Below are positions 24,534 to 39,500 of a stretch of 64,000 bases of DNA, piece after piece (positions within the stretch are counted from its first letter, which is position 1; the number at the start of each line of letters is the position of its first letter). This stretch comes from Balanoglossus misakiensis (Eukaryota; Animalia; Hemichordata). Below the pieces are notes generated by a model that saw only the letters and a program-made list of their open reading frames with translations, did no database searches and was not told the DNA's origin. The translations under genes and the position numbers were made by a program. The stretch lies in the NCBI GenBank assembly GCA_040954595.2, contig CM082595.2, positions 8,600,317 through 8,664,316 on the forward strand. The letters are read 5' to 3'.

Positions 24534-27500
24534 CACTTTGACATGGGTATAAAATGTGTATAGGGGGATTTAAAGTTGTCAGTAAATCCCTGGGTTAATA
24601 CGTGGCGGAAAGCACTGTACTTTGACATTGCTAATGCAACGATGACATTGAATGGGATTCTTTGCATTAGGGCAAATGGCGAAGCAAGCTCAATGATGCA
24701 TCAGAGTAGACGGTGATGCAAGCTCTGCACTTTCACATGGGTATTTAATGTTAAATGTAAATCCATAGGTTAATACGTGGCCAAAGGCACTCTATTTTGA
24801 CATTGTTAATGAAACGATGACATTGAATCTGATTCTTTGCATCAGGGCAAATGGCGAAGCAAGGTTGATGATGCATCAGGGTAGATAGTGATGCAATCAC
24901 TTCACTTTGACATGGGTATTAAATGCATATGGGGATTTCAAGTTGATGATAAATCCCTGGGTTAATACGTGTCCAAAAGCACTGTACTTTGACATTGCTA
25001 ATGCAACGATGACATTGAATCAGATTCTTTGCATCAGGGTAAATGGCGAAGCAAGGTTGATGATGCATCAGGGTAGATAGTGATGCAAGCTCTGCACTTT
25101 GACATGGGTATAAAATGCCTACAGGGGGATTTAAAGTTGTCTGTAAATCCCTGGCTTAATACGTGTCCAAAAGCACTGTACTTTGACATTGCTAATGCAA
25201 CGATGACATTGAATCTGATTCTTTGCATCAGGGTAAATGGCGAAGCAAGGTTGATGATGCATCAGGGTAGATAGTGATGCAAGCTCTGCACTTTGACATG
25301 GGTATAAAATGCCTACAAGGGGATTTAAAGTTGTCTGTAAATCCCTGGGTTAATACGTGGCGGAAAGCACTGTACTTTGACATTGCATATGCAATGGTGA
25401 CATTGAATGGGATTCTTTGCATTAGGGCAAATGGCGAAGCAAGCTCAATGATGCATCAGAGTAGATGGTGATGCAAACTCTGCACTTTCACATGGGTATT
25501 TAATGTTAAATGTAAATCCATAGGTTAATACGTGGCCAAAAGCACTCTAATTTGACATTGCTAATGCAACGATGACATTGAATCTGATTCTTTGCATCAG
25601 GGCAAATGGCGAAGCAAGGTTGATGATGCATCAGGGTAGATAGTGATGCAAGCTCTGCACTTTGACATGGGTATAAAATGCCTACAGGGGGATTTAAAGT
25701 TGTCTGTAAATCCCTGGGTTAATACGTGGCGGAAAGCACTGTACGTTGACATTGCATATGCAATGGTGACATTGAATGGGATTCTTTGCATTAGGGCAAA
25801 TGGCAAAGCAAGTTCAATGATGCATCAGAGTAGATGGTGATGCAAACTCTGCACTTTAACATGGGTATTGAATGTTAACTGTAAATCCATAGGTTAATAC
25901 GTGGCCAAAAGCACTCTAATTTGACATTGCTAATGCAACGATGACTTTGAATCTGATTCTTTGCATCAGGGCAAATGGCGAAGCAAGGTTGATGATGCAT
26001 CAGGGTAGATAGTGATGCAATCACTTAACTTTGACATGGGTATTAAATGCATATGGGGATTTCAAGTTGATGATAAATCCCTGGGTTAATACGTGTCCAA
26101 AAGCACTGTACTTTGACATTGCTAATGTAACGATGACATTGAATCTGTTTCTTTGCATCAGGGTAAATGGCGTAACAAGCTTTATATTGCATCAGGGTAG
26201 ATAGTGATGCAAACACTTCACTTTGACATGGGTATTAAATGCATATGGGGATTTCAAGTTGATGATAAATCCCTGGGTTAATACGTGTCCAAAAGCACTG
26301 TACTTTGACATTGCTAATGCAACGATGACATTGAGTCTGATTCTTTGCATCAGGGTAAATGGCGAAGCAAGGTTGATGATGCATCAGGGTAGATAGTGAT
26401 GCAATCACTTCACTTTGACATGGGTATTAAATGCATATGGGGATTTCAAGTTGATGATAAATCCCTGGGTTAATACGTGTCCAAAAGCACTGTACTTTGA
26501 CATTGCTAATGTAACGATGACATTGAATCTGTTTCTTTGCATCAGGGTAAATTGCGTAGCAAGCTTTATATTGCATCAGGGTAGATAGTGATGCAAACAC
26601 TTCACTTTGACATGGGTATTAAATGCATATGGGGATTTCAAGTTGATGATAAATCCCTGGGTTAATACATGTCCAAAAGCACTGTACTTTGACATTGCTA
26701 ATGCAACGATGACATTGAGTCTGATTCTTTGCATCAGGGTAAATGGCGAAGCAAGGTTGATGATGCATCAGGGTAGATAGTGATGCAATCACTTCACTTT
26801 GACATGGGTATTAAATGCATATAGGGATTTCAAGTTGATGATAAATCCCTGGGTTAATACGTGTCCAAAAACACTGTACTTTGACATTGCTAATGCAACG
26901 ATGACATTGAATCTGATTCTTTGCATCAGGGTAAATGGCGTAGCAAGCTTTATGATGCATCAGGGTAGATAGTGATGCAAACACTTCACTTTGACATGGG
27001 TATAAAATGCCTACAGGGGGATTTAATGTTGTCTGTAAATCCCTGGGTTATTACGTGTCCAAAAACACTGTACTTTGACATTGCTAATGCAGCGATGCCA
27101 TTGAATCTGATTCTTTGCATCAGGGTAAATGGCGAAGCAAGGTTGATGAAGCATCTGGGTAGATAGTGATGCAAGCTCTGCACTTTGACATGGCCATAAA
27201 ATGCCTACAGGGGGATTTAAAGTTGTCTGTAAATCCCTGGGTTAATACGTGGCGGAAAGCACTGTACTTTGACATTGCATATGCAATGGTGACATTGAAT
27301 GGGATTCTTTGCATTAGGGCAAATGGCGAAGCAAGCTCAATGATGCACCAGAGTAGATGGTGATGCAAACTCTGCACTTTCACATGGGTATTTAATGTTA
27401 AATGTAAATCCATAGGTTAATACGTGGCCAAAAGCACTCTAATTTGACATTGCTAATGGAACGATGACATTGAATCTGATTCTTTGCATCAGGGCAAATG

Positions 27501-30500
27501 GCGAAGCAAGGTTGATGATGCATCAGGGTAGATAGTGATGCAATCACTTAACTTTGACATGGGTATTAAATGCATATGGGGATTTCAAGTTGATGATAAA
27601 TCCCTGGGTTAATACGTGTCCAAAAGCACTGTACTTTGACATTGCTAATGTAACGATGACATTGAATCTGTTTCTTTGCATCAGGGTAAATGGCGTAGCA
27701 AGCTTTATATTGCATCAGGGTAGATAGTGATGCAAACACTTCACTTTGACATGGGTATTAAATGCATATGGGGATTTCAAGTTGATGATAAATCCCTGGG
27801 TTAATACGTGTCCAAAAGCACTGTACTTTGACATTGCTAATGCAACGATGACATTGAATCTGATTCTCTGCATCAGGGCAAATGGCGAAGCAAGGTTGAT
27901 GATGCATCAGGGTAGATAGTGATGCAATCACTTCACTTTGACATTGGTATTAAATGCATATGGGGATTTCAAGTTGATGATAAATCCCTGGGTTAATACG
28001 TGTCCAAAAGCACTGTACTTTGACATTGCTAATGCAACGATGACATTGAATCTGATTCTTTGCATCAGGGTATATGGCGTAGCAAGCTTTATGATGCATC
28101 AGGGTAGATAGTGATGCAAACACTTCACTTTGACATGGGTATTAAATGCATATGGGGATTTCAGGTTGTTGAAAAATCTGTGGGTTAATACGTGTCCAAA
28201 AGCACTGTACTTTGACATTGCTAATGCAACGATGACATTGAATCTGATTCTTTGCATCAGGGTAAATGGCGTAGCAAGCTTTATGACGCATCAGGGTAGA
28301 TAGTGATGCAAACACTTCACTTTGACATGGGTATAAAATGCCTACAGGGGGATTTAAAGTTGTCTGTAAATCCCTGGGTTAATACGTGGCTGAAAGCACT
28401 GTACTTTGACATTGCATATGCAATGGTGACATTGAATGGGATTCTTTGCATTAGGGCAAATGGCGAAGCAAGCTCAATGATGCATCAGAGTAGATGGTGA
28501 TGCAAACTCTGCACTTTCACATGGGTATTTAATGTTAAATGTAAATCCATAGGTTAATACGTGGCCAAAAGCACTCTAATTTGACATTGCTAATGCAACG
28601 ATGACATTGAATCTGATTCTTTGCATCTGGGCAAATGGCGAAGCAAGGTTGATGATGCATCAGGGTAGATAGTGATGCAATCACTTCACTTTGACATGGG
28701 TATTAAATGCATATGGGGATTTCAAGTTGATGATAAATCCCTGGGTTAATACGTGTCCAAAAGCACTGTACTTTGACATTGCTAATGTAACGATGACATT
28801 GAATCTGTTTCTTTGCATCAGGGTAAATGGCGTAGCAAGCTTTATATTGCATCAGGGTAGATAGTGATGCAAACACTTCACTTTGACATGGGTATTAAAT
28901 GCATATGGGGATTTCAAGTTGATGATAAATCCCTGGGTTAATACGTGTCCAAAAGCACTGTACTTTGACATTGCTAATGCAACGATGACATTGAATCTGA
29001 TTCTCTGCATCAGGGCAAATGGCGAAGCAAGGTTGATGATGCATCAGGGTAGATAGTGATGCAATCACTTCACTTTGACATTGGTATTAAATGCATATGG
29101 GGATTTCAAGTTGATGATAAATCCCTGGGTTAATACGTGTCCAAAAGCACTGTACTTTGACATTGCTAATGCAACGATGACATTGAATCTGATTCTTTGC
29201 ATCAGGGTATATGGCGTAGCAAGCTTTATGATGCATCAGGGTAGATAGTGATGCAAACACTTCACTTTGACATGGGTATTAAATGCATATGGGGATTTCA
29301 GGTTGTTGAAAAATCTGTGGGTTAATACGTGTCCAAAAGCACTGTACTTTGACATTGCTAATGCAACGATGACATTGAATCTGATTCTTTGCATCAGGGT
29401 AAATGGCGTAGCAAGCTTTATGACGCATCAGGGTAGATAGTGATGCAAACACTTCACTTTGACATGGGTATAAAATGCCTACAGGGGGATTTAAAGTTGT
29501 CTGTAAATCCCTGGGTTAATACGTGGCTGAAAGCACTGTACTTTGACATTGCATATGCAATGGTGACATTGAATGGGATTCTTTGCATTAGGGCAAATGG
29601 CGAAGCAAGCTCAATGATGCATCAGAGTAGATGGTGATGCAAACTCTGCACTTTCACATGGGTATTTAATGTTAAATGTAAATCCATAGGTTAATACGTG
29701 GCCAAAAGCACTCTAATTTGACATTGCTAATGCAACGATGACATTGAATCTGATTCTTTGCATGTGGGCAAATGGCGAAGCAAGGTTGATGATGCATCAG
29801 GGTAGATAGTGATGCAATCACTTCACTTTGACATGGGTATTAAATGCATATGGGGATTTCAAGTTGATGATAAATCCCTGGGTTAATACGTGTCCAAAAG
29901 CACTGTACTTTGACATTGCTAATGCAACGATGACATTGAATCTGATTCTTTGCATCAGGGTATATGGCGTAGCAAGCTTTATGATGCATCAGGGTAGATA
30001 GTGATGCAAACACTTCACTTTGACATGGGTATTAAATGCATATGGGGATTTCAGGTTGTTGAAAAATCTGTGGGTTAATACGTGTCCAAAAGCACTGTAC
30101 TTTGACATTGCTAATGCAACGATGACATTGAATCTGATTCTTTGCATCAGGGTAAATGGCGTAGCAAGCTTTATGACGCATCAGGGTAGATAGTGATGCA
30201 AACACTTCACTTTGACATGGGTATAAAATGCCTACAGGGGGATTTAAAGTTGTCTGTAAATCCCTGGGTTAATACGTGGCTGAAAGCACTGTACTTTGAC
30301 ATTGCATATGCAATGGTGACATTGAATGGGATTCTTTGCATTAGGGCAAATGGCGAAGCAAGCTCAATGATGCATCAGAGTAGATGGTGATGCAAACTTT
30401 GCACTTTCACATGGGTATTTAATGTTAAATGTAAATCCATAGGTTAATACGTGGCCAAAAGCACTCTAATTTGACATTGCTAATGGAACGATGACATTGA

Positions 30501-33500
30501 ATCTGATTCTTTGCATCTGGGCAAATGGCGAAGCAAGGTTGATGATGCATCAGGGTAGATAGTGATGCAATCACTTCACTTTGACATGGGTATTAAATGC
30601 ATATGGGGATTTCAAGTTGATGATAAATCCCTGGGTTAATACGTGTCCAAAAGCACTGTACTTTGACATTGCTAATGCAACGATGACATTGAATCTGATT
30701 CTTTGCATCAGGGTATATGGCGTAGCAAGCTTTATGATGCATCAGGGTAGATAGTGATGCAAACACTTCACTTTGACATGGGTATTAAATGCATATGGGG
30801 ATTTCAGGTTGTTGAAAAATCAGTGGGTTAATACGTGTCCAAAAGCACTGTACTTTGACATTCCTAATGCAACGATGACATTGAATCTGATTCTTTGCAT
30901 CAGGGTAAATGGCGTAGCAAGCTTTATGACGCATCAGGGTAGATAGTGATGCAAACACTTCACTTTGACATGGGTATAAAATGCCTACAGGGGGATTTAA
31001 AGTTGTCTGTAAATCCCTGGGTTAATACGTGGCTGAAAGCACTGTACTTTGACATTGCATATGCAATGGTGACATTGAATGGGATTCTTTGCATTAGGGC
31101 AAATGGCGAAGCAAGCTCAATGATCCATCAGAGTAGATGGTGATGCAAACTCTGCACTTTCACATGGGTATTTAATGTTAAATGTAAATCCATAGGTTAA
31201 TACGTGGCCAAAAGCACTCTAATTTGACATTGCTAATGCAACGATGACATTGAATCTGATTCTTTGCATCTGGGCAAATGGCGAAGCAAGGTTGATGATG
31301 CATCAGGGTAGATAGTGATGCAATCACTTCACTTTGACATGGGTATTAAATGCATATGGGGATTTCAAGTTGATGATAAATCCCTGGGTTAATACGTGTC
31401 CAAAAGCACTGTACTTTGACATTGCTAATGTAACGATGACATTGAATCTGATTCTTTGCATCAGGGTAAATGGCGTAGCAAGCTTTATGATGCATCAGGG
31501 TAGATAGTGATGCAAACACTTCACTTTGACATGGGTATTAAATGCATATGGGGATTTCAGGTTGTTGAAAAATCTGTGGGTTAATACGTGTCGAAAAGCA
31601 CTGTACTTTGACATTGCTAATGCAATGATGACATTGAATCTGATTCTTTGCATCAGGGTAAATGGCGAAGCAAGGTTGATTATGCATCAGGGTAGATAGT
31701 GATGCAAGCCCTTCACTTTGACATGTGTATAAAATGCCTACAGGGGGATTTAAAGTTGTCTGTAAATCCCTGGGTTAATACGTGTCCAAAAGCACTGTAC
31801 TTTGACATTGCTAATGCAACGATGACATTGAATCTGATTCTTTGCATCAGGGTAAATGGCGAAGCAAGGTTGATTATGCATCAGGGTAGATAGTGATGCA
31901 AGCTCTGCACTTTGACATGGGTATAAAATGCCTACAGGGGGATTTAAAGTTGTCTGTAAATCCCTGGGTTAATATGTGGCGGAAAGCACTGTACTTTGAC
32001 ATTGCATATGCAATGGTGACATTGAATGGGATTCTTTGCATTAGGGCAAATGGCGAAGCAAGCTCAATTATGCATCAGAGTAGATGGTGATGCAAACTCT
32101 GCACTTTCACATGGGTATTTAATGTTAAATGTAAATCCATAGGTTAATACGTGGCCAAAAGCACTCTAATTTGACATTGCTAATGGAACGATGACATTGA
32201 ATCTGATTCTTTGCATCATGGCAAATGGCGAAGCAAGGTTTATGATGCATCAGAGTAGATAGTGATGCAATCACTTCACTTTGACATTGGTATTAAATGC
32301 ATATGGGGATTTCAAGTTGATGATAAATCCCTGGGTTAATACATGTCCAAAAGCACTATAATTTGACATTGCTAATGCAACGATGACATTGAATCTGATT
32401 CTTTGCATCAGGGTATATGGCGTAGCAAGCTTTATGATGCATCAGGGTAGATAGTAATGCAAACACTTCATTTTGATATGGGTATTAAATGCATATGAGG
32501 ATTTCAGGTTGTTGAAAAATCTGTGGGTTAATACGTGTCCAAAAGCACTGTACTTTGACATTGCTAATGCAACGATGACATTGATTATGATTCTTTGCAT
32601 CAGGGTAAATGGCGTAGAAAGCTTTATGATGCATCAGGGTAGATAGTAATGCAAACACTTCACTTTGACATGGGTATTAAATGCATATGGGGATTTCAGG
32701 TTGTTGAAAAATCTGTGGGTTAATACGTGTCCAAAAGCACTGTACTTTGACATTGCTAATGCAACGATGACATTGAATCTGATTCTTTGCATCAGGGTAA
32801 ATGGCGTAGCAAGCTTTATGATGCATCAGGGTAGATAGTAATGCAAACACTTCACTTTGACATGGGTATTAAATGCATATGGGGATTTCAGGTTGTTGAA
32901 AAATCTGTGGGTTAATACGTGTCGAAAAGCACTGTACTTTGACATTGCTAATGCAATGATGACATTGAATCTGATTCTTTGCATCAGGGTAAATGGCGTA
33001 GCAAGCTTTATGATGCATCAGGGTAGATAGTGATGCAAACACTTCACTTTGACATGGGTATAAAATGCCTACAGGGGGATTTAAAGTTGTCTGTAAATCC
33101 CTGGGTTAATACGTGTCCAAAAACACTGTACTTTGACATTGCTAATGCAGCGATGACATTGAATCTGATTCTTTGCATCAGGGTAATTGGCGAAGCAAGG
33201 TTGATGATGCATCAGGGTAGATAGTGATGCAAGCTCTGCACTTTGACATGGGTATAAAATGCCTACAGGGGGATTTAAAGTTGTCTGTAAATCCCTGGGT
33301 TAATACGTGGCGGAAAGCACTGTACTTTGACATTGCATATGCAATGGTGACATTGAATGGGATTCTTTGCATTAGGGCAAATGGCGAAGCAAGCTCAATG
33401 ATGCATCAGAGTAGATGGTGATGCAAACTCTGCACTTTCACATGGGTATTAAATGTTAAATGTAAATCCATAGGTTAATACGTGGCCAAAAGCACTCTAA

Positions 33501-36500
33501 TTTGACATTGCTAATGGAACGATGACATTGAATCTGATTCTCTGCATCAGGGCAAATGGCGTAGCAAGCTTTATGATGCATCAGGGTAGATAGTGATGCA
33601 AACACTTCACTTTGACATGGGTATTAAATGCATATGGGGAATTCAGGTTGTTGAAAAATCTGTGGGTTAATATGTGTCCAAAAGCACTGTACTTTGACAT
33701 TGCTAATGCAACGATGACATTGAATCTGATTCTTTGCATCAGGGTAAATGGCGAAGCAAGGTTGATTATGCATCAGGGTAGATAGTGATGCAAGCTCTGC
33801 ACTTTGACATGGGTATAAAATGCCTACAGGGGGATTTAAAGTTGTCTGTAAATCCCTGGGTTAATATGTGGCGGAAAGCACTGTACTTTGACATTGCATA
33901 TGCAATGGTGACATTGTATGGGATTCTTTGCATTAGGGCAAATGGCGAAGCAAGCTCAATTATGCATCAGAGTAGATGGTGATGCAAACTCTGCACTTTC
34001 ACATGGGTATTTAATGTTAAATGTAAATCCATAGGTTAATACGTGGCCAAAAGCACTCTAATTTGACATTGCTAATGCAACGATGACATTGAATCTGATT
34101 CTTTGCATCAGGGCAAATGCAATGATGACATTGAATCTGATTCTTTGCATCAGGGTAAATGGCGAAGCAAGGTTGATGATGCATCAGGGTAGATAGTGAT
34201 GCAAGCTCTGCACTTTGACATGGGTATAAAATGCCTACAGGGGGATTTAAAGTTGTCTGTAAATCCCTGGGTTAATACGTGGCGGAAAGCACTGTACTTT
34301 GACATTGCATATGCAATGGTGACATTGAATGGGATTCTTTGCATTAGGGCAAATGGCGAAGCAAGCTCAATGATGCATCAGAGTAGATGGTGATGCAAAC
34401 TCTGCACTTTCACATGGGTATTTAATGTTAAATGTAAATCCATAGGTTAATACGTGGCCAAAAGCACTCTAATTTGACATTGCTAATGGAACGATGACAT
34501 TGAATCTGATTCTCTGCATCAGGGCAAATGGCGTAGCAAGCTTTATGATGCATCAGGGTAGATAGTGATGCAAACACTTCACTTTGACATGGGTATTAAA
34601 TGCATATGGGGAATTCAGGTTGTTGAAAAATCTGTGGGTTAATATGTGTCCAAAAGCACTGTACTTTGACATTGCTAATGCAACGATGACATTGAATCTG
34701 ATTCTTTGCATCAGGGTAAATGGCGAAGCAAGGTTGATTATGCATCAGGGTAGATAGTGATGCAAGCTCTGCACTTTGACATGGGTATAAAATGCCTACA
34801 GGGGGATTTAAAGTTGTCTGTAAATCCCTGGGTTAATATGTGGCGGAAAGCACTGTACTTTGACATTGCATATGCAATGGTGACATTGTATGGGATTCTT
34901 TGCATTAGGGCAAATGGCGAAGCAAGCTCAATTATGCATCAGAGTAGATGGTGATGCAAACTCTGCACTTTCACATGGGTATTTAATGTTAAATGTAAAT
35001 CCATAGGTTAATACGTGGCCAAAAGCACTCTAATTTGACATTGCTAATGCAACGATGACATTGAATCTGATTCTTTGCATCAGGGCAAATGCAATGATGA
35101 CATTGAATCTGATTCTTTGCATCAGGGTAAATGGCGAAGCAAGGTTGATTATGCATCAGGGTAGATAGTGATGCAAGCCCTTCACTTTGACATGTGTATA
35201 AAATGCCTACAGGGGGATTTAAAGTTGTCTGTAAATCCCTGGGTTAATACGTGTCCAAAAGCACTGTACATTGACATTGCTAATGCAACGATGACATTGA
35301 ATCTGATTCTTTGCATCAGGGTAAATGGCGAAGCAAGGTTGATTATGCATCAGGGTAGATAGTGATGCAAGCTCTGCACTTTGACATGGGTATAAAATGC
35401 CTACAGGGGGATTTAAAGTTGTCTGTAAATCCCTGGGTTAATATGTGGCGGAAAGCACTGTACTTTGACATTGCATATGCAATGGTGACATTGAATGGGA
35501 TTCTTTGCATTAGGGCAAATGGCGAAGCAAGCTCAATTATGCATCAGAGTAGATGGTGATGCAAACTCTGCACTTTCACATGGGTATTTAATGTTAAATG
35601 TAAATCCATAGGTTAATACGTGGCCAAAAGCACTCTAATTTGACATTGCTAATGGAACGATGACATTGAATCTGATTCTTTGCATCATGGCAAATGGCGA
35701 AGCAAGGTTTATGATGCATCAGAGTAGATAGTGATGCAATCACTTCACTTTGACATTGGTATTAAATGCATATGGGGATTTCAAGTTGATGATAAATCCC
35801 TGGGTTAATACGTGTCCAAAAGCACTATAATTTGACATTGCTAATGCAACGATGACATTAAATCTGATTCTTTGCATCAGGGTATATGGCGTAGCAAGCT
35901 TTATGATGCATCAGGGTAGATAGTAATGCTAACACTTCACTTTGACATGGGTATTAAATGCATATGAGGATTTCAGGTTGTTGAAAAATCTGTGGGTTAA
36001 TACGTGTCCAAAAGCACTGTACTTTGACATTGCTAATGCAACGATGACATTGATTATGATTCTTTGCATCAGGGTAAATGGCGTAGAAAGCTTTATGATG
36101 CATCAGGGTAGATAGTAATGCAAACACTTCACTTTGACATGGGTATTAAATGCATATGGGGATTTCAGGTTGTTGAAAAATCTGTGGGTTAATACGTGTC
36201 CAAAAGCACTGTACTTTGACATTGCTAATGCAACGATGACATTGAATCTGATTCTTTGCATCAGGGTAAATGGCGTAGCAAGCTTTATGATGCATCAGGG
36301 TAGATAGTAATGCAAACACTTCACTTCGACATGGGTATTAAATGCATATGGGGATTTCAGGTTGTTGAAAAATCTGTGGGTTAATACGTGTCGAAAAGCA
36401 CTGTACTTTGACATTGCTAATGCAATGATGACATTGAATCTGATTCTTTGCATCAGGGTAAATGGCGTAGCAAGCTTTATGATGCATCAGGGTAGATAGT

Positions 36501-39500
36501 GATGCAAACACTTCACTTTGACATGGGTATAAAATGCCTAAAGGGGGATTTAAAGTTGTCTGTAAATCCCTGGGTTAATACGTGTCCAAAAACACTGTAC
36601 TTTGACATTGCTAATGCAGCGATGACATTGAATCTGATTCTTTGCATCAGGGTAAATGGCGAAGCAAGGTTGATGATGCATCAGGGTAGATAGTGATGCA
36701 AGCTCTGCACTTTGACATGGGTATAAAATGCCTACAGGGGGATTTAAAGTTGTCTGTAAATCCCTGGGTTAATATGTGGCGGAAAGCACTGTACTTTGAC
36801 ATTGCATATGCAATGGTGACATTGTATGGGATTCTTTGCATTAGGGCAAATGGCGAAGCAAGCTCAATTATGCATCAGAGTAGATGGTGATGCAAACTCT
36901 GCACTTTCACATGGGTATTTAATGTTAAATGTAAATCCATAGGTTAATACGTGGCCAAAAGCACTCTAATTTGACATTGCTAATGCAACGATGACATTGA
37001 ATCTGATTCTTTGCATCAGGGCAAATGGCGAAGCAAGGTTGATGATGCATCAGGGTAGATAGTGATGCAATCACTTCACTTTGACATGGGTATTAAATGC
37101 ATATGGGGATTTCAAGTTGATGATAAATCCCTGGGTTAATACGTGTCCAAAAGCAATGTACTTTGACATTGCTAATGTAACGATGACATTGAATATGATT
37201 CTTTGCATCAGGGTAAATGGCGTAGCAAGCTTTATGATGCATCAGGGTAGATAGTGATGCAAACACTTCACTTTGACATGAGTATTAAATGCATATGGGG
37301 AATTCAGGTTGTTGAAAAATCTGTGGGTTAATATGTGTCGAAAAGCACTGTACTTTGACATTGCTAATGCAATGATGACATTGAATCTGATTCTTTGCAT
37401 CAGGGTAAATGGCGTAGCAAGGTTTATGATGCATCAGGGTAGATAGTGATGCAAACACTTCACTTTGACATGGGTATAAAATGCCTACAGGGGGATTTAA
37501 AGTTGTCTGTAAATCCCTGGGTTAATACGTGTCCAAAAGCACTGTACTTTGACATTGCTAATGCAACGATGACATTGAATCTGATTCTTTGCATCAGGGT
37601 AAATGGCGAAGCAAGGTTGATGATGCATCAGGGTAGATAGTGATGCAAGCTCTGCACTTTGACATGGGTATAAAATGCCTACAGGGGGATTTAAAGTTGT
37701 CTGTAAATCCCTGGGTTAATACGTGGCGGATAGCACTGTACTTTGACATTGCATATGCAATGGTGACATTGAATGGGATTCTTTGCATTAGGGCAAATGG
37801 CGAAGCAAGCTCAATGATGCATCAGAGTAGATGGTGATGCAAACTGTGCACTTTCACATGGGTATTTAATGTTAAATGTAAATCCATAGGTTAATACGTG
37901 GCCAAAAGCACTCTAATTTGACATTGCTAATGGAACGATGACATTGAATCTGATTCTTTGCATCAGGACAAATGGCGAAGCAAGGTTGATGATGCATCAG
38001 GGTAGATAGTGATGCAATCACTTCACTTTAACATGGGTATTAAATGCATATGGGGATTTCAGGTTGTTGAAAAATCTGTGGGTTAATACGTGTCGAAAAG
38101 CACTGTACTTTGACATTGCTAATGCAATGATGACATTGAATACTAGTATGATTCTTTGCATCAGGGTAAATGGCGTAGCAAGCTTTATGATGCATCAGGG
38201 TAGATAGTGATGCAAACACTTCACTTTGACATGGGTATTAAATGCATATGGGGAATTCAGGTTGTTGAAAAATCTGTGGGTTAATATGTGTCGAAAAGCA
38301 CTGTACTTTGACATTGCTAATGCAATGATGACATTGAATCTGATTCTTTGCATCAGGGTAAATGGCGTAGCAAGGTTTATGATGCATCAGGGTAGATAGT
38401 GATGCAAACACTTCACTTTGACATGGGTATAAAATGCCTACAGGGGGATTTAAAGTTGTCTGTAAATCCCTGGGTTAATACGTGTCCAAAAGCACTGTAC
38501 TTTGACATTGCTAATGCAACGATGACATTGAATCTAATTCTTTGCATCAGGGTAAATGGCGAAGCAAGGTTGATGATGCATCAGGGTAGATAGTGATGCA
38601 AGCTCTGCACTTTGACATGGGTATAAAATGCCTACAGGGGGATTTAAAGTTGTCTGTAAATCCCTGGGTTAATACGTGGCGGATAGCACTGTACTTTGAC
38701 ATTGCATATGCAATGGTGACATTGAATGGGATTCTTTGCATTAGGGCAAATGGTGAAGCAAGCTCAATGATGCATCAGAGTAGATGGTGATGCAAACTGT
38801 GCACTTTCACATGGGTATTTAATGTTAAATGTAAATCCATAGGTTAATACGTGGCCAAAAGCACTCTAATTTGACATTGCTAATGGAACGATGACATTGA
38901 ATCTGATTCTTTGCATCAGGACAAATGGCGAAGCAAGGTTGATGATGCATCAGGGTAGATAGTGATGCAATCACTTCACTTTAACATGGGTATTAAATGC
39001 ATATGGGGATTTCAGGTTGTTGAAAAATCTGTGGGTTAATACGTGTCCAAAAGCACTGTACTTTGACATTGCTAATGAAATGATGACATTGAATCTGATT
39101 CTTTGCATCAGGGTAAATGGCGTAGCAAGCTTTATGATGCATCAGGGTAGATAGTGATGCAAACACTTCACTTTGACATGGGTATTAAATGCATATGGGG
39201 ATTTCAGGTTGTTGAAAAATCTGTGGGTTAATACGTGTGGAAAAGCACTGTACTTTGACATTGCTAATGCAATGATGACATTGAATCTGATTCTTTGCAT
39301 CAGGGTAAATGGCGTAGCAAGCTTTATGATGCATCAGGGTAGATAGTGATGCAAACACTTCACTTTGACATGGGTATAAAATGCCTACAGGGGAATTTAA
39401 AGTTGTCTGTAAATCCCTGGGTTAATACGTGTCCAAAAGCACCGTACTTTGACATTGCTAATGCAACGATGACATTGAATCTGATTCTTTGCATCAGGGT

